The notes beneath the pieces are model-generated. The model saw only the letters and a list, made by a program, of their open reading frames with translations, made no database searches and had not been told where the DNA came from. From Myxococcota bacterium (lineage in GTDB: Bacteria; Myxococcota; JACRCW01): DNA of 11,211 nucleotides. The stretch covers positions 1 through 11,211 of the forward strand of contig JBFMGU010000321.1 of the NCBI GenBank assembly GCA_040752415.1. The letters run 5' to 3'. A program made the position numbers and the translations under genes. How positions within the stretch are numbered: the stretch's first letter is position 1; the number at the start of each line of letters is the position of its first letter. Shown one piece after another: positions 5,631-11,211 of the stretch.

Positions 5631-8600
5631 TCATGCGCGGGTTGGCTGACGGGAGGGTCCCTCTCCTGCCGCGGGCGCCGGGGGGACGCACGGAAGCTCC
5701 ACGATGAAGGTGGCGCCTTCTCCCGGCTCGCTCTCCACACGGATGGTGCCGCGGTGCGCCTCCACGATCCCCCGACAGATGTAGAGCCCCAACCCCAGGC
5801 CGCCGTAGTGCCGGGTGGGCACCCCGCGTACGAACCTCTGGAAGATCCGCTCCCGCATCTCCGGCGCAATGCCGAAGCCCTGGTCCCGCACCGCCAGCCT
5901 GGCGCATCCGCCCTTCTCCTCCACGGAGATCTCAATGGGCTTCCGCGCACCGAACTTCATGGCGTTGGCAAGCAGGTTGGTGATGACCTGGTCGATGCGT
6001 GAGCGGTCCCACGCGCCCACGACGGGAGCATCCGCCCGGATGAGCAGGGAACAGCCGGCACGCGCCAGGTCCGCCCGGAACCGGTCCCCCACCTCGTGCG
6101 CCAACGCACCGAGCTCCACCTGGGTGCGCTCCAGCGGGAGGCGCCCGGTCTCGATACGCGCCACGTTCAGCATCTCCCCGATGAGCCGGCTCAGGCGGTC
6201 TCCCTGACGTCGGATCATGTCCAGCAGCTTGGCGGTGGCTTCCGGCAGGGGCGGCGCGCCGGAGGACGCGCGCTGCAGCGCATCCAGGGAGAGCTTGAGG
6301 GACGTCATGGGGGTGTAGAGCTCATGGGCCGCCACGGAGAGGAACTCGTCACGCTGGCGGACCGCCTCCTGGACCCGGACGTAGAGCTGCGCGTTGTCGA
6401 TGGCGATGGCCGCGCGGTAGGCAACATCCTGCGCCAGCTCGACCTCGGCGCGGCCATAGCGACGTCCCGGCGCCTCCGACCCCATGCTCATGACCCCCAG
6501 GGTGCGTCCCCGCGCCACCAGCGGCACCGCGAGGGCGGTCCGCGTTCCCAGCGCCCGGATCAGCCGGAAGTGGTCGTCGTCAATGCAGGTCTCGCGGAGG
6601 ACCGCGTCCGGGAGCTCCGGCATCAACACCGGCTCGCCCGTGCTCAACACGCGCGCCGCCGGTTGGGGTGAGTCCGGGCCCGGCGGATAACGACGCTGCA
6701 ACTCCCGCAGCAGCGGCTCCCGCGCGGGGTCCACGTGCGCCCCCGCCGCACGCTGCCGGGTCCCGTCGGGCAACACGATGTCAATGACGCACCAGTCGGC
6801 CAGCTCGCGCACGGTCAGCTGCGCCAGGCGGTGGAGCACCTGTTTGTCGTCGAGGGACTCGGTCAGGACCCTGCTTGCCTGGGCCAGGAACGCGGCGCGC
6901 TGTTCCGCGGCCTCCGCTGCCCGTCGCGCTCCCTTCTCCCGCGAGAGCAACAGCGCGTTCTGCAGTGAGATGGCCGCTTGCGAGGCCAGCAGGTCCAGGA
7001 CCCCCACCCGGGCCGACGTGAAGGCGCCCGCCATGAGGTTGTTCTCCAGGTACAGCAGGCCCACCACCTCCGCCTGACGGACAATGGGAAGGCACAACAC
7101 GGAGCGGGGCTTGTGCTGCTCGACGTAGGGGTCCGCGGAGAACCGTCCACCAGCGCGCGCGTCCTCGAGGATCACCCGCTCCCCCACGCGCGCCACGTAG
7201 TTGACGATGGACATGGGAACCAACGTGGATGCCGCCGCGGGGAGCGCCTGGAGGATCTGCATCTCGCCGCCTTCGTCCTCCAGGGTGGCCCCGGCCTGGA
7301 TGGACAGGCCGCCCTCCCCCGCCAGCAGCAGGTAGCCCTTGCGCGCGCCGCCGTGCTGCAACACCACCTGGAGCAGCGTGCGCACCAGCTTCTCCAGGAC
7401 AATCTCACCGGAGATGGTCTGTGAGGCCTTGATCACCGAGCGCAGGTCAAACTGCTCGGGGCGCACCGTGATGGTGGTGATGGCGGCCGCCGCGCGCGGT
7501 TCCACCAGGCGCGGGTAGCGATGGTCGATCTGCCGCACCTTGCCGTCCGCACCCCAGCGCGCGTAGCAGGCCCGCGCCTCGCCAACGTACACGTCGGCAA
7601 TGAGGGCGTAGCCGCGGGCGCGGTAGAAGCTGGACGCCAGCTCGTAGGCCAGTCCTTCCACCTGGATGAAACCACTCTCGTGCGCCGCGCGGATGGCCTC
7701 CTCGTAGAGGCGCATCGCGTCCAGGTCGCGCTCCTCCAGCCGGGCCATCTCCGCGCGGACCAGGGCGTGCTTGGCGGCAAAGTTCTGGGGACAGCTCCGA
7801 GCCCAGCGCTGCAGCAACCTGGCCCGTCGCGCAATGTTCTCCTCGTAGCGGAGCCGCTCGCCCGCACTGCCCTCGCCGGCCGCGGCCGCCATGGCCAACG
7901 CGGAGTAGAAGCAGTGCTCGGTGACAATGAGCATCCCGGTGGCCGACCACAACAGCTCCTCGGCACGCCGGGCCGCATGCAGGGCCGCGGACACGTCACC
8001 CGCCAGGAAGTGGGCCTGGAGCTTGAGCACCTGGTACCAGCACTCCGCCGTCGGCAGCAGGGCGCGGATGCGCTCCTCGAACTCCGCCTCCCGGAACCCC
8101 GCGTCGTCGAAGGTGGCGAAGTGCGCGGTATGCCCCCGCATGGCCGCCACGAAGCGCTCCAGGGCCCGGATGAGCAGGTGCAGGTCGTGGTAGCCCGTGC
8201 GTGAGACCACCTCCAGGCGTTGCTCACACTCGCGGTGCACGTCGGCAAGCGGGTCGCCCTGGAGCAGCAACACCACCAGGATGTCCGCCGAGGTGTAGCA
8301 GGTCCAGGTGAGGTTGCCCGTCAGGGTGGCGGCGTCAAAGGCGGCCCGCAGGTACGGCAGGTTGGAGCGCAGGTGGCGCGTCCAGTAGTTCACGAAGTTG
8401 CCAAAGCGGTCGTAGACCTGGGCCTTGTAGGTCAGCAGGTCGAACCTATCGACGAGGGCGCAGCCCAGCTCACCGAAGCGCCGCCCCTCCTCGCACTCCC
8501 CCAGGACGAGGCTGAGTCCCATGCCGAACTCGACGTAACCCACCGCGGAGGCGTCGGCGTTGCCGTGACGGAGGCTCAGCTCCACCATGTGACAGGGACG

Positions 8601-11210
8601 CAGGTGCAGGAGGTTGGCATCCACGAACCCGGCGGCATTCATCACCGAGAGGATGTCCATGGCCGCGCGCATCTCGGGGTCTTCCATCCGCGGCAGGTCC
8701 ACCAGCTCCTCCACGCGACGAGCCCCGACGATCCCCCGGGTCCGCAGGTAGGCCTGGCGCAACGTGGCCTCGTCGGGATGCAGCGGCAACTCGATCCCGA
8801 ACAGGCGCAGGCATTCAATGGCGCTGGCCACCGCCGCGTCGCTCTCTCCCTTGATGGTGTGGAGGTTGATCTTCACGCGGTACGCACGGGCCTTGTCCAG
8901 GCGGGTGCGGGAGCACGCCAGAAGCTTGCGCAGGATGCCTTCCGCGTCGTCGAAGTGGCGGTTCACGTACGCGCACTCCGCCAGCTCCAGGTGGAGCGCG
9001 TAGGCAAGCTCGTAGGACTCCTCCCACGCATGGGGCGGGAGCACGGCAATGCCGGCCGCAATGAAGTCGCTGGCGTCCTTGTAGGCAGCGGCGGCCTTGG
9101 CCTTCCTCCCGGCGGTCAGGTCCAGGTGGGCCACGGAGCGCCGCTCGTCGGGGTCGGTGATGAGCGCGGCGCCCAGGTTGAGCTGGTTGACCACCTCGTA
9201 GACGCGCTCCTGGAGCTCCTCGGGCGGCGTGTGCGTGAGGAACAAGCGGCCGATCCTGAGGTGCAGCTCGTCGCGGGCCGGCTGCGGCAGCATCAGGTAG
9301 GCGGCCTGGTGGATGCGGTCGTGGGCAAAGGAGTACCAGTCCCGTGACGTGTAGAGCAGCCCTTCCCGCAGCGCGTCCCAGAGGTCCTCACGCGCCTGCT
9401 CCTCCGACGTGCCGCGCACCAGCGCCAGGGTCTGCAGCTGGCCCTTGCCACCCACGCAGGCCGCGCTCCGGAGCGCCTCCTGGGTATCCGGCGGGAGACG
9501 CCCCAGCTTCTGCACCATGAAGTCGACGACGTTGTCGGTGTAGCCCTGCTCCTCGATCCGCGCGACGTCCCACTGCCACGCGGCGCGGGACTCGTTGAAT
9601 TGCAGGAGCCCTTCCTGGCGGAGCGTGCCCAGGAACTGGATGACGAAGAATGGGTTGCCCGCCGTCTTGTCGTAGACCAGCGAGCCCAGGGGCCGGGTGA
9701 CGTCGGGGGAGGCGCGAACGGTCTCAGCCACCAGCCGCACCACGTCATCCCGACGCAGCGGCGTCAGCACCACCTCGGTGACCTGGGCACCCGCGTGACG
9801 AAGGCGGTCCAGCGTGCGCGCCACCGGATGGGCGGGTGTGACCTCGTTGTCGCGGAAGGCGCCAATCAGCAGCACGCCATGCGTTCCCTCCCCGGTGACG
9901 ATGTCCTCCAGCAGGCACAGGCTGGCCGCGTCCGACCACTGCAGGTCATCCAGGAACAGGACCAGCGCGCGCCCGTGGCGGCAGAACACGTCGACAAAAC
10001 CGCGGAAGATGCGCCGAAACCGTACCTCCGCTTCCAGTGGGGGCAGCTCTGCCACGGGAGGCTGCTCACCAATGATGAGCCGGAGGGGCGGAATCACGTC
10101 CACAATCAGCTTGCCGTTGATCCCCAGGGCGGCCTGGAAGGCACCACGCCATTCCCGCAGCGGCGCCTCATCCTCACCCAGCAGCTCACCCACCTTCTCG
10201 GCGAAGGCGCGGACAATGGCGGAGTAGGGAGCGCGCTGCGCGTAGGGGTCGAACTTGCCGGTCACAAAGTGCGCGTGCTCGTCGAGAACCGCCTTGCGCA
10301 GGGCCAGGGCCAGCGCGGACTTGCCAACGCCGGCATAACCCGAGAGGGCCACCAGCTCGGGGGCTTCACTGGCCAGGACGCGCTGGAACGTGCGGTGCAG
10401 CAGCCCCAGCTCCTCGTCGCGGCCGAACAAGCGCGAGGGAACCTGGAGTCGGTCGGAGACATCCCGCTCCCGCAACGGGAAGGGCCGCACGGTGCCCTCG
10501 GCGTGCCACTGCTCCAGGCATTCCTGCAGGTCATGCCGGAGACCGCGCGCGGTCTGGTAGCGGTCCCCGGGTTCCTTGGCCAACAGCGTCAGGACGATGG
10601 TGGCGACCGTCTCCGGGATGGCGGGCACCAGCTCCCGGGGTGGGCGCGGGGTGCGCGCCACGTGACAGTGGATCCACTCCAGCGTGTCGCGCGCCTCGAA
10701 GGGAAGCTGCCCGGTGAGCATCTGGTAGAAGGTCACCCCGAGGGCGTAGAGGTCCGCGCGAGTGTCGACGGGCCGGTTCAGGCGTCCGGTGAGCTCGGGC
10801 GCGATGTACGGAGGCGAACCCTCCATCTGCTCGGGGCTCGGCAGGAGCTGGCGGTCCCGCGGAAGCCGCGACGCGCTGCCCAGGTCCGTGATCTTGACCT
10901 CACCGGTGGCCAGGTTGACGACGATGTTCTGCGGTTTGATGTCGCGGTGGATGACGTCGTGCTGGTGGATCTCCGCCACCGCGGACGCAATCTCCACGGC
11001 CAGGCGCAGGAACAGCTCCACGTCCATTGCAGCGCCAAGGAACTGGTCCAGGGACTGCCCCCCGAAGTCCTCCATCACCAGCGTAGGCATGCCCTGGTAC
11101 GCGTCCAGCGCCAGCGGCTTGACGACGGCACGGGTGTCCAACATCCGTCCCAGCTCGTATTCGCTCTTCAGCCGCTCCAGGGCCTTGGGTTGGCACAACC
11201 TGGGGTCAAG
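5631..11210 (-). CDS. Trifunctional Ser/Thr kinase / AAA ATPase / GAF-GAF sensor histidine kinase (5' end outside window)
   Basis: The frame is open to the window edge (LDPRLCQPK...). Kinase motifs HRDIKPQN (10926-10949), DLG, GSPPYIAPE and DLYALG. Walker A GYAGVGKS (10317-10340) and Walker B FLDDLQW. A long helical region, two GAF domains, HisKA AAHELYTP (His at 6324-6326), and HATPase boxes NLLANAMKF, DQGFGI and GGLGLGL. Confidence 0.95.
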   Translation of the reverse strand, partial: LDPRLCQPKALERLKSEYELGRMLDTRAVVKPLALDAYQGMPTLVMEDFGGQSLDQFLGAAMDVELFLRLAVEIASAVAEIHQHDVIHRDIKPQNIVVNLATGEVKITDLGSASRLPRDRQLLPSPEQMEGSPPYIAPELTGRLNRPVDTRADLYALGVTFYQMLTGQLPFEARDTLEWIHCHVARTPRPPRELVPAIPETVATIVLTLLAKEPGDRYQTARGLRHDLQECLEQWHAEGTVRPFPLRERDVSDRLQVPSRLFGRDEELGLLHRTFQRVLASEAPELVALSGYAGVGKSALALALRKAVLDEHAHFVTGKFDPYAQRAPYSAIVRAFAEKVGELLGEDEAPLREWRGAFQAALGINGKLIVDVIPPLRLIIGEQPPVAELPPLEAEVRFRRIFRGFVDVFCRHGRALVLFLDDLQWSDAASLCLLEDIVTGEGTHGVLLIGAFRDNEVTPAHPVARTLDRLRHAGAQVTEVVLTPLRRDDVVRLVAETVRASPDVTRPLGSLVYDKTAGNPFFVIQFLGTLRQEGLLQFNESRAAWQWDVARIEEQGYTDNVVDFMVQKLGRLPPDTQEALRSAACVGGKGQLQTLALVRGTSEEQAREDLWDALREGLLYTSRDWYSFAHDRIHQAAYLMLPQPARDELHLRIGRLFLTHTPPEELQERVYEVVNQLNLGAALITDPDERRSVAHLDLTAGRKAKAAAAYKDASDFIAAGIAVLPPHAWEESYELAYALHLELAECAYVNRHFDDAEGILRKLLACSRTRLDKARAYRVKINLHTIKGESDAAVASAIECLRLFGIELPLHPDEATLRQAYLRTRGIVGARRVEELVDLPRMEDPEMRAAMDILSVMNAAGFVDANLLHLRPCHMVELSLRHGNADASAVGYVEFGMGLSLVLGECEEGRRFGELGCALVDRFDLLTYKAQVYDRFGNFVNYWTRHLRSNLPYLRAAFDAATLTGNLTWTCYTSADILVVLLLQGDPLADVHRECEQRLEVVSRTGYHDLHLLIRALERFVAAMRGHTAHFATFDDAGFREAEFEERIRALLPTAECWYQVLKLQAHFLAGDVSAALHAARRAEELLWSATGMLIVTEHCFYSALAMAAAAGEGSAGERLRYEENIARRARLLQRWARSCPQNFAAKHALVRAEMARLEERDLDAMRLYEEAIRAAHESGFIQVEGLAYELASSFYRARGYALIADVYVGEARACYARWGADGKVRQIDHRYPRLVEPRAAAAITTITVRPEQFDLRSVIKASQTISGEIVLEKLVRTLLQVVLQHGGARKGYLLLAGEGGLSIQAGATLEDEGGEMQILQALPAAASTLVPMSIVNYVARVGERVILEDARAGGRFSADPYVEQHKPRSVLCLPIVRQAEVVGLLYLENNLMAGAFTSARVGVLDLLASQAAISLQNALLLSREKGARRAAEAAEQRAAFLAQASRVLTESLDDKQVLHRLAQLTVRELADWCVIDIVLPDGTRQRAAGAHVDPAREPLLRELQRRYPPGPDSPQPAARVLSTGEPVLMPELPDAVLRETCIDDDHFRLIRALGTRTALAVPLVARGRTLGVMSMGSEAPGRRYGRAEVELAQDVAYRAAIAIDNAQLYVRVQEAVRQRDEFLSVAAHELYTPMTSLKLSLDALQRASSGAPPLPEATAKLLDMIRRQGDRLSRLIGEMLNVARIETGRLPLERTQVELGALAHEVGDRFRADLARAGCSLLIRADAPVVGAWDRSRIDQVITNLLANAMKFGARKPIEISVEEKGGCARLAVRDQGFGIAPEMRERIFQRFVRGVPTRHYGGLGLGLYICRGIVEAHRGTIRVESEPGEGATFIVELPCVPPAPAAGEGPSRQPTRA

Positions 11211-11211
11211 C

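Noticed and set aside
5815..10227. Many + strand ORFs (e.g. 8220-9347, 7521-8204) and alternate-frame ORFs within the kinase
   Set aside because: Shadow ORFs of a long GC-rich gene, with no motifs.
1..11211. CRISPR array, tRNA/rRNA, transposase or integrase
   Set aside because: No regularly spaced direct repeats, cloverleaf or rRNA signatures, or mobile-element ORFs were seen.

Overview
GC-rich bacterial DNA. The gene content suggests a myxobacterium or related deltaproteobacterium, which is an inference. There are five credible CDSs: (1) a secreted or membrane protein with three tandem CsgG/FlgO/TolB-N-like alpha/beta domains and a DUF5683-like membrane tail (805-2673 +); (2) a stand-alone CheY-like receiver (2683-3048 -); (3) tRNA 2'-O-methyltransferase TrmJ (3181-3936 -); (4) a secreted right-handed beta-helix protein carrying the AlgG mannuronan C5-epimerase catalytic motif, with no alginate operon beside it (4182-5585 +); (5) a 5'-truncated Ser/Thr kinase-AAA ATPase-GAF-GAF-histidine kinase (5631->11211 -). 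The most unusual part is the first ~800 bp. It has no convincing gene but is densely packed with nested helices, including a ~265-nt multi-branched domain (383-647) closed by a long-range stem. I could not match it by eye to a known RNA class, so it is a candidate undescribed large ncRNA or cis-regulatory RNA. The receiver gene also has a sigma54-like promoter, upstream palindromes and a hairpin that buries its ribosome-binding site. All structures were found by eye; no folding or database search was run.
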